DNA of 63,923 nucleotides, the filler included, from an uncultured Methanosarcinales archaeon (lineage in GTDB: Archaea > Nanobdellota > Nanobdellia > Woesearchaeales > CAZKBD01), in the NCBI GenBank assembly GCA_964550945.1. It is 4 parts of 4 records of this genome, joined end to end, with 100 filler letters (N's around TTAATTAATTAA, not from the genome) between each part and the next. Parts side by side here need not be neighbours in the genome. Positions count along the whole stretch, not along the records: positions 1 to 18,312 come from CAZKBD010000031.1; 3 more parts are not named here. The stretch is one strand, 5' to 3'. Positions 1-9,436 of this stretch are shown here, in pieces. The notes beneath the pieces were generated by a model that saw only the letters and a list, made by a program, of their open reading frames with translations, searched no databases and was not told the DNA's origin. The stretch's first letter is position 1; every line of letters starts with the position of its first letter. The translations under genes were made by a program, and so were the position numbers.

Positions 1-572
1 AATTTCTTAAAGTCATCCTCTAATCCTTCCAGCTCAAATAAGGCATCTTTATCAGGATCAATTTTCGTGAATTGGTTTTTGTTAATTCCATTAAATAAAA
101 TGTGCGCTGCCCCGCCCCTGTTAAAACAGCTGATGTTAGGCTTGGCAATCTGGCAGCTATATTGGTAGCCTGGGCAACCATTAAATGGGAATATCTCTTC
201 ACAATTCTCGCAAGGCGTTTTTTCACATTTTAAATAATGCAAAACCAACTGATAATCGCCAGACAAGTTAGCCATTCCCACTTCTGAGCTAAAATCTGCA
301 TATTGTATTGGATTTTCATCGTAGCAATAATCTCCCTTGATGTATTCTTTATTCCATCTGCCTTTTAAGGGTATAATAGCTCCTTCTGGATCAATCAGCT
401 TAACTTCCACATCTTTTAGGAATAATTCCCCATGATAGTAGTTCCTGGCTGTAAAACTTACAGAACCATTGGCAAAGCAGTCTTTCTGGAAAACATTAAT
501 GTCTGCTGGCTTTTCAGCAGAGACAAAATAAGCAGAGAATACAATTAACAATAGGATGTAACACCTCTTCAT
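1..572 (-). CDS. Secreted Cys-rich hypothetical protein (3' end runs off the window)
   Basis: Read manually: ATG at 572, MKRCYILLLIVFSAYFVSAEKPADINVFQKDC... stays open to base 1. Signal-peptide-like N-terminus, several Cys, GGAGAGGTG SD-like motif upstream. Absent from the ORF track because it has no stop in the window. Confidence 0.75.
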   Translation of the reverse strand, partial: MKRCYILLLIVFSAYFVSAEKPADINVFQKDCFANGSVSFTARNYYHGELFLKDVEVKLIDPEGAIIPLKGRWNKEYIKGDYCYDENPIQYADFSSEVGMANLSGDYQLVLHYLKCEKTPCENCEEIFPFNGCPGYQYSCQIAKPNISCFNRGGAAHILFNGINKNQFTKIDPDKDALFELEGLEDDFKK

Positions 573-657
573 GTATTAAGCTCCCTATCACCTCTCCTAG
601 AAACAATTTAGCTGACAAATATTTAAGCCTTGTGTTGTCTCTAATGCAAAGAAAAAA

Positions 658-791
658 TGCGCCGGCCGGGACTTTCAAAAAAACTACGCTTTTTTGAATG
701 CATCAAACGCAGTTTGATATTTGAACCCGGATACTCAGCTATCCTCTTGGATAATGGAAGGCTGAAGTCATAGCCATTAGACCACCAGCGC
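658..791 (-). tRNA. tRNA-Gly(TCC) with two introns (37/38: 741-754; 59/60: 672-719)
   Basis: Acceptor stem GCGCTGG/CCGGCGC-A, D arm GTCTAATGGCTATGAC, anticodon stem TCAGC/GCTGA with loop CT-TCC-A^A, T arm CCGGG-TTCAAA^T-CCCGG. Both insert junctions form bulge-helix-bulge-like pairings (CTTC/GAGG; TTCA/TGAA). Confidence 0.92.
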
Positions 792-892
792 ATTAACCGG
801 CCAATTCGCATTATTGAGCAAAGCGAAATAATGCCAATAGTCCACGGTACCTATAGGGTGAAACCCTTAGTAGCCATTAGACCACCAGCGCA
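771..892. repeat. 22-bp direct repeat of the tRNA-Gly 5' end (771-792 and 871-892)
   Basis: TAGCCATTAGACCACCAGCGCA occurs identically twice, 100 bp apart. Confidence 0.95.
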
Positions 893-911
893 TAACAGTC
901 AAAAATCAAAT

Positions 912-1937
912 TTAATTTATAAAATTATCCCTTATTCTTTGTATGAACAACTCAAAATCATCCTGTTTTACACAAGCGCCACAGGCATGCTCATGCCCTC
1001 CTCCATAACCTTCTAAGCCCTGCAAAGCTTTTTCTAATATTGGAGGCAGTAATTTGTTTGATCTGAGGCTCATCCTTATCTCATCGTTCTTTTTGCGTCC
1101 CACAATTATAAGCTTGTCTGGAATTCTGAAGTGCAGCTCATTTGATAGATCTCCTGTAAAGCTCATCCTATTCTCTTCATATGTGAATATAAGGAGAGGA
1201 TCTTTAGATTCCTTCTTCAATGCCTGCTCAAGCAACAAACTGTATTGATGGTTGATCTTTTCATATCTTTTATAGATGAACTTTCCCTGGGAAGTTTCTT
1301 GATTGAGGATTTCATAGGGTGTTTTAATCCTTGTGAGGATCTTAACGCATTTCATGACATCCATTGTCTTGCCCTTTAGAACGAATGAAAATATCTTTGC
1401 CAGCTGGCCAATCTTTGTCGTGAATAAAATAGTGCCTGGATCCTTCTCATCATTAACTAAATCAGGATACTTATCCTTAAACTCCTTATGGAAAGGAGGC
1501 AAAACCCAATCTCCGATGCAGCCAGTCATAGCAATCCACAGATTATCGCCTGCGACCTTGTGGCAGATTAAGGTTGCGGGCGTATTTTCGCTCTTATCTT
1601 TGATCCTTGGATTAAAATATTTGACATTACTCCTTTTTATGGGCTCGTGATGATCTATCCACACCACTTGCGCATTAGCCTTGTCGATAAATTCCTGGTC
1701 CAGCAAGGCTATATCAGCAACAAATATCTTGTCTGGAGAATATTCCTGGACTTTTTTTAGGAATTTTTCATCCAGTTTAGGGACGCTTTTAACTATTACA
1801 CCATTGCCTTCTTTTTTGTATTTGTACAACAATAGAAATGAGCATAATCCATCTGGGTCATCATGGAAAAAAAATAATGGATTCTTACATTCATCAAGCT
1901 CTTTTCTTATCTCTTTTATCTGGTCGTTAGTAAGCAT
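912..1937 (-). CDS. DHH/DHHA1 phosphoesterase (RecJ/NrnA-like)
   Basis: HDDPDG, WIDHH and C-terminal GGGHEHACG motifs. Confidence 0.9.
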   Translation of the reverse strand: MLTNDQIKEIRKELDECKNPLFFFHDDPDGLCSFLLLYKYKKEGNGVIVKSVPKLDEKFLKKVQEYSPDKIFVADIALLDQEFIDKANAQVVWIDHHEPIKRSNVKYFNPRIKDKSENTPATLICHKVAGDNLWIAMTGCIGDWVLPPFHKEFKDKYPDLVNDEKDPGTILFTTKIGQLAKIFSFVLKGKTMDVMKCVKILTRIKTPYEILNQETSQGKFIYKRYEKINHQYSLLLEQALKKESKDPLLIFTYEENRMSFTGDLSNELHFRIPDKLIIVGRKKNDEIRMSLRSNKLLPPILEKALQGLEGYGGGHEHACGACVKQDDFELFIQRIRDNFIN

Positions 1938-2073
1938 TTTATTTTAAGTTAGGAGTGTGTTTAAAAAGTTTTGGGTTTTTAATCTATACTGTTTTAACCA
2001 CTTGCCAATAACAAAAGATAGAAAGATTTATAAACAACATACCGAATAACTAGATATTACAAACAAAACTGAA

Positions 2074-3414
2074 ATGGTAAACTTAAAAGTTCTAGGAATG
2101 GTGCTGGCAGGAGGGCAGGGAAATAGATTATACAGCCTAACCCAGTATAGAGCAAAACCCGCTGTACCATTTGGTGGACGCCATAGGATAGTTGATTTTG
2201 TACTTAGTAATTTTATTAATTCAGGAATTAAACACATATATGTGGCTAAGCACTTTAAGCCTCACTCTCTTGAGAGGCATATTGATGAATGTTGGCAGCA
2301 TAGAGTTGGTCAAGGAGAGTTTATTAGGACTATAGGAGTTCAATGGACTAGCCCAGCTAATCTGCAACAAGAAGCTTATCAAGGCACTGCTGATGCTGTT
2401 TACCAAAGTCTGGATAGGATATTGCAGTTAAATCCAACATATGTGGCTGTCTTTGGCGGTGACCATATATTCAAGATGGATATCTGGCAGATGATAGATT
2501 TCCATAGGAGTAATCAGGCTTATTTAACAGTAGCGGCAATTCCAGTTCCCATAAACGAAGCAAGCGCCTTTGGCGTATTTGAAATTGATAAAAGCGGAAC
2601 AGCTATAGGTTTTGAAGAGAAGCCTGATTGCCCAAAAGAAATGCCAGACAAGCCAGGATTTGCGCTAGCCTCAATGGGAAATTATGTTTTTGATACTAGC
2701 CAATTGAGAGAAAATCTGGTAATAGATCATTCTAAACCTAATGTTCCATCAGGAGTACACCAATATGATAGAATTGCTTCCTCAAAACATGACTTTGGAA
2801 GCGATATTATTCCCATGATGGTTCGGGCAGGACACGTTTTTGTTTACGATTTTAATACAAACCATGTAGATGGAGAGGAAGTGGAACAAGAGGCATTAAG
2901 GTACTGGCGAGATGTGGGTGATGTTGATGCTTTCTATGCTGCTAATATGGATCTAAGGGATGTTAAGCCCAAACTTAATTTGTACAACATGGAATGGCCT
3001 ATCTATACTGCTGAGTGTATGGGGCCAGGTGTAAAAACTGTATTCGGCAGTTCAGGAGAATCAAGAAAAGGTGAATTAGTGGACTCTGTGGGTTCTCCTG
3101 GTGTGATAATCAGTGGTGGCAGGGTATTTAGGAGCATATTAGGCCCTGATGTCAGAATTGAGGAATTTGCTGTTGTTGAGGATTCATTTGTAATGGAAGG
3201 CGCTTATATTGGCCCTGGAGCAAAAGTCAGAAGAGCTATTATAGATAAGGATTCAGTGATAGAAGCAGGCATGCAAATTGGCTATGATCATGAAGATGAT
3301 GCTGCAAAAAGAGAGACTACAGGAGGGGGAAGGCAGCTTTATATTTCAAGCGGAGGAGTTGTTGTGGCTCCAAAACTGTGGAACAACACTAGATTTAATC
3401 CTCACTCTGCATAG
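2074..3414 (+). CDS. glgC: Glucose-1-phosphate adenylyltransferase (ADP-glucose pyrophosphorylase)
   Basis: LAGGQGNRL..RAKPAVPFGG, GTADAV, GDHIFKMD, FEEKP, ASMGNYVF, YWRDVG motifs and a C-terminal beta-helix. Confidence 0.93.
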   Translation: MVNLKVLGMVLAGGQGNRLYSLTQYRAKPAVPFGGRHRIVDFVLSNFINSGIKHIYVAKHFKPHSLERHIDECWQHRVGQGEFIRTIGVQWTSPANLQQEAYQGTADAVYQSLDRILQLNPTYVAVFGGDHIFKMDIWQMIDFHRSNQAYLTVAAIPVPINEASAFGVFEIDKSGTAIGFEEKPDCPKEMPDKPGFALASMGNYVFDTSQLRENLVIDHSKPNVPSGVHQYDRIASSKHDFGSDIIPMMVRAGHVFVYDFNTNHVDGEEVEQEALRYWRDVGDVDAFYAANMDLRDVKPKLNLYNMEWPIYTAECMGPGVKTVFGSSGESRKGELVDSVGSPGVIISGGRVFRSILGPDVRIEEFAVVEDSFVMEGAYIGPGAKVRRAIIDKDSVIEAGMQIGYDHEDDAAKRETTGGGRQLYISSGGVVVAPKLWNNTRFNPHSA

Positions 3415-3449
3415 AAACCTTTAAATTGAACTGATTCTTACTTTTTTGA

Positions 3450-4679
3450 ATGAACATACCTTGTATAAGATGCAAAGGTGCTGATCTTTCTTGCGGAAGA
3501 AGCTTCTGCCCGATAATAGCAAAAGCAGAGTCTATGTTCAAGGTGAGCAGCAAACCGATAAAAGAGGATTTTTTCGGCTCATCCCCAGCCCCATTTGTTG
3601 GCCGATATGGTTACCCTGAAATTAATGTGGGCATTATGACTCCTCCAGAGCAAAGAGAGGATGCATGGCTGTTTGACGCTCCAAAACACTGGGCAAATTC
3701 TGATTTTAAGATAGCTGAGATAATTGACTTGAGAAGTGCTTTAATCAACTCAAGGTTCAAGGCAAACATAAAAGGCCAAAGCAAGCTTTTAGACATAAGC
3801 CAGGAAGTTGGAATGGCTTCAAAGCCAGTTGATTTAGAGATAAATTTGAAAGACAAGCCTCATTTTAGGTTAAGGACAGATGCTTATCTAGCGCCACAAG
3901 GCCCAAATGCGCAATTGGAAAAAGCAAGGATAACTGAAAACCCCAAGATTGATACTAGAGTAGATAAAGTAGTTTCTGATATACATCTTAAGGCAAACGA
4001 CGCCTTAAAATATCTTTATGAAAAAGAATTTGATGAGAATTTCTTGGCAAAAATGCTTAGCGTGGGTGTATTGGGGATAAAAACTAATAGAAAACTGGTG
4101 CCCACCAGATTTTCGATTACTGCAATTGATGATACTATTGGAAAAAAATTAATTAATGAGGTTAAAGATTATAATCCAACTAATTATTTGGCTTATTTTG
4201 GCAGCTATCTTGGAAATTATTACCTTTTTTTGATGTTTCCAGAGCCGTGGAGCTATGAATTATTTGAGATGTACATGCCAAGAGCAGAATGGAACATCAC
4301 TAATGAAATACAGTTTATGACTGATTACGAATCTTACAGCGGAAGAAAGGAATATGCAGAGAATTGCGGAGGAGGTTATTATAGTGTCAGGCTAGCGGTA
4401 TTAGAGAGATTAAAAGAAATTAAAAAACAAGCTTCTGTTTTAGCGTTAAGGTTTATTACAGGAGAGTATGCTGTCCCTCTTGGTGTGTGGGTTACAAGAG
4501 AAGCTGCGAGAAAGGCCTTAAAAAATAAGCCTATTGAGTTTGCATCTAAGGAATTAATGGTAGAATACACAAAAAAACTGGCAAAAAAAAAGTTTGGATA
4601 TGATTTAGGAGATTTATTAAAGAACAGTATCTTGCTTAGGAATATTAATACTCAAATGAAATTGCAGGTGTTTGCATGA
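3450..4679 (+). CDS. nreA: Archaeal DNA repair protein Nre
   Basis: N-terminal CxxCKG..CGRxxCP, FVGRYGYP, LVPTRFSITAID, PLGVWVTRE, and a C-terminal PIP-like QMKLQVF. Confidence 0.9.
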   Translation: MNIPCIRCKGADLSCGRSFCPIIAKAESMFKVSSKPIKEDFFGSSPAPFVGRYGYPEINVGIMTPPEQREDAWLFDAPKHWANSDFKIAEIIDLRSALINSRFKANIKGQSKLLDISQEVGMASKPVDLEINLKDKPHFRLRTDAYLAPQGPNAQLEKARITENPKIDTRVDKVVSDIHLKANDALKYLYEKEFDENFLAKMLSVGVLGIKTNRKLVPTRFSITAIDDTIGKKLINEVKDYNPTNYLAYFGSYLGNYYLFLMFPEPWSYELFEMYMPRAEWNITNEIQFMTDYESYSGRKEYAENCGGGYYSVRLAVLERLKEIKKQASVLALRFITGEYAVPLGVWVTREAARKALKNKPIEFASKELMVEYTKKLAKKKFGYDLGDLLKNSILLRNINTQMKLQVFA

Positions 4680-5440
4680 ATTTTAAACCAGCTCTGAATA
4701 AACTCAAATCAGCATTAAACCAGGTTAAGAGCCATAAAATAGATTTGAATAAAAAAACAAATAATATCAAGACATTAGTGGATTACAAGGAAAAAAAACT
4801 GGCTTATTATACGAAATTTTATCAGACAAGTGTTAAGGAGTTTATGGGAGCTTCATCAGAACTTAACAATTTGGTCAATGTTAATCAAAACAAGATTCTT
4901 ATTGATAAAATAAAAAAGCTGATTGATGAGCTTCAGCTATCTTATGAAAAAGGAGATACAAACCAGGTTAGCAGCTTAGTTAGTGAAATCGAGAAAGAAT
5001 ATTCTGGTATTATTATGCCTGTAGAATCAGAAATAATGCATGCAAATCTAGGCAATATACCTAGTGATATAAGGGGGGATATAAATGCGGATATTGACGA
5101 ACTGGACAGATGCTTTAATAATGGCTGCTACAGAAGCTCAATAATCCTTTGCGGCAGGATTTTAGAGATAGCATTGCACAGAAAATATTACGAATTAACT
5201 AAGAATGACCTATTAGAGAAAAGCCCTGGAGTTGGCATTGGAAACCTCATAGCTAAGCTGAAGGAAAAAAATATCAATATTGACCCGGGCTTGACTCAGC
5301 AGATACATCTAATAAATCAGGTGAGAATTTTTTCTGTTCATAAGAAACAAGAGGCATTCAACCCAACAAAAGCGCAGACACAAGCAATCATCATTTATAC
5401 TTTAGATGTTTTGGATAGGTTATTTAAACAGGCTGCTTAG
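4676..5440 (+). CDS. Hypothetical protein with C-terminal DUF4145/HEPN-like domain
   Basis: CYRSSIILCGRILE...GNLIAKL...VRIFSVH pattern after a coiled-coil N-terminus. Confidence 0.65.
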   Translation: MNFKPALNKLKSALNQVKSHKIDLNKKTNNIKTLVDYKEKKLAYYTKFYQTSVKEFMGASSELNNLVNVNQNKILIDKIKKLIDELQLSYEKGDTNQVSSLVSEIEKEYSGIIMPVESEIMHANLGNIPSDIRGDINADIDELDRCFNNGCYRSSIILCGRILEIALHRKYYELTKNDLLEKSPGVGIGNLIAKLKEKNINIDPGLTQQIHLINQVRIFSVHKKQEAFNPTKAQTQAIIIYTLDVLDRLFKQAA

Positions 5441-5840
5441 CTTTTTTCTTGCAAATAGATGCAATGCCCAATACAGCCATGACAAGAACTGCTGAAAAAA
5501 GAGCCAAAGCATATGCCCCAACGCCAATTGTAATTCCAATTGCTGCTGTAATCCAGATAGTAGCTGCAGTTGTTACGCCATGAACACCCTGTTTTCCAGA
5601 TGCAATTATTGCGCCTGCTCCAACAAAGCCAATGCCAGTAATTATTGCTGCAGCAATCCTGGCAGGGTCCATCTGATAATAATAAGTAGATATGATAGTT
5701 GCTAAGGTTGATCCCAGACAAACAAGAATATGGGTCCTTAAGCCTGCTGGCTTATGGCTAACCTCTCGTTCAATTCCAACCAGGCCACCTATACCCACTG
5801 CTAATACTAATCTGATAATCTGTGCTGTTAAATCCAACAT
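5424..5840 (-). CDS. MgtC/SapB family membrane protein
   Basis: GIERE..HKPAGLRTH, DPARIAA.IITGIGFVGAG, GVTTAATIW. Confidence 0.93.
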   Translation of the reverse strand: MLDLTAQIIRLVLAVGIGGLVGIEREVSHKPAGLRTHILVCLGSTLATIISTYYYQMDPARIAAAIITGIGFVGAGAIIASGKQGVHGVTTAATIWITAAIGITIGVGAYALALFSAVLVMAVLGIASICKKKAKQPV

Positions 5841-5938
5841 AGTCTAGCTATAATTTTTGGTATTTAAATACTTTGTTTATTATTTGACAATGCTAAAAAC
5901 AATAAACTTTAAATAACCTGTTTGAAATCTATTAACCA

Positions 5939-7705
5939 ATGAATTCAAAAGAGCTGAAAGAGAGGTATTTCAAATTTTTTAAGGAAAAAAAACATGCGAT
6001 AATTAGTTCTGCATCTTTAATACCTGAGCATGATCCTACTGTTTTGTTTACAACTGCAGGCATGCATCCTTTAGTGCCTTTTTTAATGGGGCAGCCTCAT
6101 CCTTCTGGCAAAAGGCTGGCAAATGTCCAGAAATGCATAAGGACAGGAGACATAGATGAGGTTGGTGATCCTCTGCATCTCACCTTTTTTGAGATGCTTG
6201 GCAATTGGTCATTAGGTGATTATTTTAAGGAAGACGCAATAAGATGGAGCTTTGAATTCTTGACAGACAAAAAATGGTTAGGCTTGGATAAAAATAAGCT
6301 TTCTGTCACATGCTTCGCAGGAGATAAAGATGCACCAAAAGATGATGAAAGTGCAAAGATATGGGAAAGATTAGGCATACCTAAAGAAAGGATATTCTTT
6401 TTGCCGAAAAAAGACAACTGGTGGGGCCCTGCTGGCGCAACAGGCCCTTGCGGCCCTGACACAGAGATGTTTATTGATACAGGAAAAGAAAAATGCAGCA
6501 GCGCCTGCAAACCAGGATGCAGCTGCGGAAAATATTTTGAGATATGGAATGATGTATTTATGCAGTACAATAAAACAAGCGAAGGAAGATATGAGCCATT
6601 GAAACAGAAAAATGTCGATACTGGCATGGGTGTTGAAAGGACAATAGCAATGCTGCAAGGCAAGAAATCAGTCTTTGAGATCGAGGCGTTTGCTTCAATA
6701 ATAGCTGAGATAAAAAAATTGGCCTCAATAAAAGAATATAGCGAAAAAGAACTTAAATCATTAAGGATAATCGCAGATCATCTAAGGGCAGCTGTTTTCA
6801 TATTAGGTGATGAAAACTCGATTGTTCCTTCTAACTTAGACCAAGGGTATATATTGAGAAGGTTCATAAGAAGAGCGATAAGGCATGGGAAACTTATTGG
6901 TATAGATAACGATTTCTGTACAATGATAGCAAAAATAGTGATAAAAATGAATCAAGAAAGTTGGCCAGAATTAAAGAAGAAAGAGCATTTCATATTAGAT
7001 GAGCTAAACAAAGAAGAAGAGAGATTTAGGGCAACATTAGAAAAGGGATTAAAGAAATTTGAGCAGATCGCTACAAAAGACTTGTCAGGCCAAGACGCAT
7101 TCCTTTTATTCCAGAGCTTTGGCTTTCCTATTGAGATAACTCAGGAGCTTGCAAAGGAAAAAGGCCATAATATAGACATTGATGCCTTTTCAAGAGAGTT
7201 TGAAAAGCATCAGGATATTTCAAGGAAAGGGGCAGAGCAGCGCTTCAAAGGAGGATTAGCTGATTCTTCAGAAGGGACAACTAGATTGCATACAGCAACC
7301 CATTTATTGAATCAAGCGCTAAGGGAAGTTTTGGGAAAAAAGGATATTTTTCAGAAAGGTTCTAACATAACCACTGAAAGGCTTAGGTTTGACTTTAACT
7401 TTGACAGGAAATTAACAAATGAGGAGCTTCAGAAAGTTGAAGATTGGGTAAATGAAAGGATAAATGAAAAGCTTGATGTTGTTAGAGAGGAGATGACTGT
7501 TGAAGAGGCCAAGAAAAAAGGGGCGCAAGGCGTTTTTGAGCATAAATATGGAGAAAAGGTTTTTGTTTATACTATTGGAAAAAAGTCAATTGAGATATGC
7601 GGCGGCCCTCATGTTAAGAATACTTCTGAATTAGTGCATTTTAAAATTAAAAAAGAAGAAAGCAGCGCTGCTGGTGTTAGAAGGATTAAGGCTGTTTTGG
7701 AGTAA
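5939..7705 (+). CDS. alaS: Alanine--tRNA ligase (compact form, no C-Ala domain)
   Basis: LFTTAGMHP, QKCIRT, TFFEMLGNWS, GPCGP.TE, EIWNDVFMQY, DTGMGVER; editing motifs HTATH and CGGPH; protein ends at GVRRIKAVLE. Confidence 0.97.
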   Translation: MNSKELKERYFKFFKEKKHAIISSASLIPEHDPTVLFTTAGMHPLVPFLMGQPHPSGKRLANVQKCIRTGDIDEVGDPLHLTFFEMLGNWSLGDYFKEDAIRWSFEFLTDKKWLGLDKNKLSVTCFAGDKDAPKDDESAKIWERLGIPKERIFFLPKKDNWWGPAGATGPCGPDTEMFIDTGKEKCSSACKPGCSCGKYFEIWNDVFMQYNKTSEGRYEPLKQKNVDTGMGVERTIAMLQGKKSVFEIEAFASIIAEIKKLASIKEYSEKELKSLRIIADHLRAAVFILGDENSIVPSNLDQGYILRRFIRRAIRHGKLIGIDNDFCTMIAKIVIKMNQESWPELKKKEHFILDELNKEEERFRATLEKGLKKFEQIATKDLSGQDAFLLFQSFGFPIEITQELAKEKGHNIDIDAFSREFEKHQDISRKGAEQRFKGGLADSSEGTTRLHTATHLLNQALREVLGKKDIFQKGSNITTERLRFDFNFDRKLTNEELQKVEDWVNERINEKLDVVREEMTVEEAKKKGAQGVFEHKYGEKVFVYTIGKKSIEICGGPHVKNTSELVHFKIKKEESSAAGVRRIKAVLE

Positions 7706-7706
7706 A

Positions 7707-8369
7707 ATGCCTCTTTATATCGTTTCAACGCCAATAGGAAATCTTAAAGACATCACTTTAAGGGCTTTGGAAACATTAAAGGAAGCGGATTTAATACTTG
7801 CAGAAGACACAAGAAGAACATACATTCTATTGAACCATTATGAAATTAGAAATAAAAAACTGATTTCGTATAATGACTACAACAAGGAAAAAGTTATCCC
7901 TAAAATTATTGAAGAGCTGAAAAACAATAAGAAAATTGCTTTGGTCTCTGATTCTGGAACACCTGGGATATCAGACCCAGGATTTCGTTTAATAAGGGAG
8001 TCTATTAAGAGCAATATCCCAATTATTCCGATACCAGGAGCAACTGCTTCAATCGCTGCATTAGTATCATCTGGCTTTGCAACAGATTCTTTTGTATTTT
8101 ATGGATTTATTCCAAAGAAGGAAAAAGCGAAAAAGGATTTTTTCGAAAGATTGCCTAGCAACACAGTTATTTTTTATGAAAGCCCATATCGCTTAATCAA
8201 GACTTTAAAGATGTTAGCTGAGATTATTCCTGAAAGGGAGATTTGTGTTGGCCGCGAATTGACAAAGAAGTTTGAGGAGTTTATTAGGGGCAGTGCAGAT
8301 GAGGTTTATGAAAATTTAAAGGATAGAAATATTAAAGGAGAAATTACAATAATAATAAACAAAAAATAA
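7707..8369 (+). CDS. rsmI: 16S rRNA (cytidine1402-2'-O)-methyltransferase
   Basis: LYIVSTPIGNLKDIT, AEDTR, SDSGTPGISDPG, YESPYRL, RELTKKFEE. ATG at 7707 directly after the alaS stop. Confidence 0.93.
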   Translation: MPLYIVSTPIGNLKDITLRALETLKEADLILAEDTRRTYILLNHYEIRNKKLISYNDYNKEKVIPKIIEELKNNKKIALVSDSGTPGISDPGFRLIRESIKSNIPIIPIPGATASIAALVSSGFATDSFVFYGFIPKKEKAKKDFFERLPSNTVIFYESPYRLIKTLKMLAEIIPEREICVGRELTKKFEEFIRGSADEVYENLKDRNIKGEITIIINKK

Positions 8370-8371
8370 TT

Positions 8372-8632
8372 TTATTCAATTACTTTGGACACTTTGTCTT
8401 TTTCTCTGACATGGTCTTCTACTTTTAGCCCAATGCTTGTTCCAGCTTTTACTGATTCAACTGGATTATGGTCAACCTGCATTGAATCTGCTAGTTGTGT
8501 AAAATCCGTATTTGCCCCTTTTATATGGATTGTATCTCCGTTGTTAAGCTCTGCTTTGGTTACTTTTATGACAGCTACACCTATCTTAGGAAAATAGTGT
8601 GTAACTTCTCCAACTTCTTTTTCTTCAGCCAT
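8372..8632 (-). CDS. Small translation-factor-like beta-barrel protein
   Basis: VGEVTHYFPKIGVAVI...GDTIHIKG.TDFTQ...SMQ...GLKV..VREKD pattern. Confidence 0.8.
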   Translation of the reverse strand: MAEEKEVGEVTHYFPKIGVAVIKVTKAELNNGDTIHIKGANTDFTQLADSMQVDHNPVESVKAGTSIGLKVEDHVREKDKVSKVIE

Positions 8633-8707
8633 ACCATCACCCCCTGAAAGGCATAAGGTGGTTTTATTATTTAAGGTTTTTGTTGGAAAAAGGGAAAAAA
8701 GAAAAAA

Positions 8708-9361
8708 TTACCTGCTTCTTTTAACACCAACCCTTTTGCAATACTTGTTTATAGGGCATTTTGAGCATAATGGAGAAACAGGAACGCAAATAGCCTGCCC
8801 CAACTGCACAAAAAGCTCATTAAAATCATAGTAGAATCTCTTGGGTAGCAATTTTTTCAAAGCTTCTTCAGTTTCTTCAGGAGTTTTTGTTTTAATCCAG
8901 CCTAACCTGTTAGGAATCCTGTGGCAATGAGTATCAATTGGCAAATAATCTCTTTTAAAATGGCCGTAAGTCATTACAATATTAGCAGTCTTCCTTCCCA
9001 CACCCTTAAGTTTCATCAATTCATCAAAATCATTAGGGACTTTTGAATTATACTCATTTATTAAAACTCCAGATATTTCCTTTATCCTTTTTGCCTTTGT
9101 CCTGTAAAAACCAACTGGATAGATTAATTTTTCAATCTGTTTTTGAGATAATTTTAATATTTTTTCAGGTGTGTTGTGTTTTTTTAACAATCTCAATGAT
9201 GCTTTGGCTGTAACCTCATCTTTTGTCCTCAAAGAAAGCAAGCAAGAAATTAGAGTAGTAAAAGGATCTCTGACAACTTCAGCCCATTCAGAGACAAAAG
9301 GCCTTTTGTATTTGCTAAGCTCTTTTTTAAGCAATTTGAAGATGATATTTATGTCCTTCAT
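8708..9361 (-). CDS. nth: Endonuclease III (HhH-GPD, 4Fe-4S)
   Basis: LKGVGRKTAN helix-hairpin-helix, IDTHCHR, and C-terminal CxxxxxxCxxCxxxxxC. Confidence 0.93.
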   Translation of the reverse strand: MKDINIIFKLLKKELSKYKRPFVSEWAEVVRDPFTTLISCLLSLRTKDEVTAKASLRLLKKHNTPEKILKLSQKQIEKLIYPVGFYRTKAKRIKEISGVLINEYNSKVPNDFDELMKLKGVGRKTANIVMTYGHFKRDYLPIDTHCHRIPNRLGWIKTKTPEETEEALKKLLPKRFYYDFNELFVQLGQAICVPVSPLCSKCPINKYCKRVGVKRSR

Positions 9362-9436
9362 CTTAGGTATACAACTATATTCTTTATTTAAATATTTGGA
9401 TAGATTTATTAAGAGGATAATTTTGCTTATTTTATT

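Noticed and set aside
20..226. 68-aa minus-strand ORF in the track
   Set aside because: It lies in another frame inside the longer signal-peptide ORF 1-572.
831..1016. 61-aa plus-strand ORF
   Set aside because: Antisense to the DHH gene end and the tRNA upstream repeat; no protein features.
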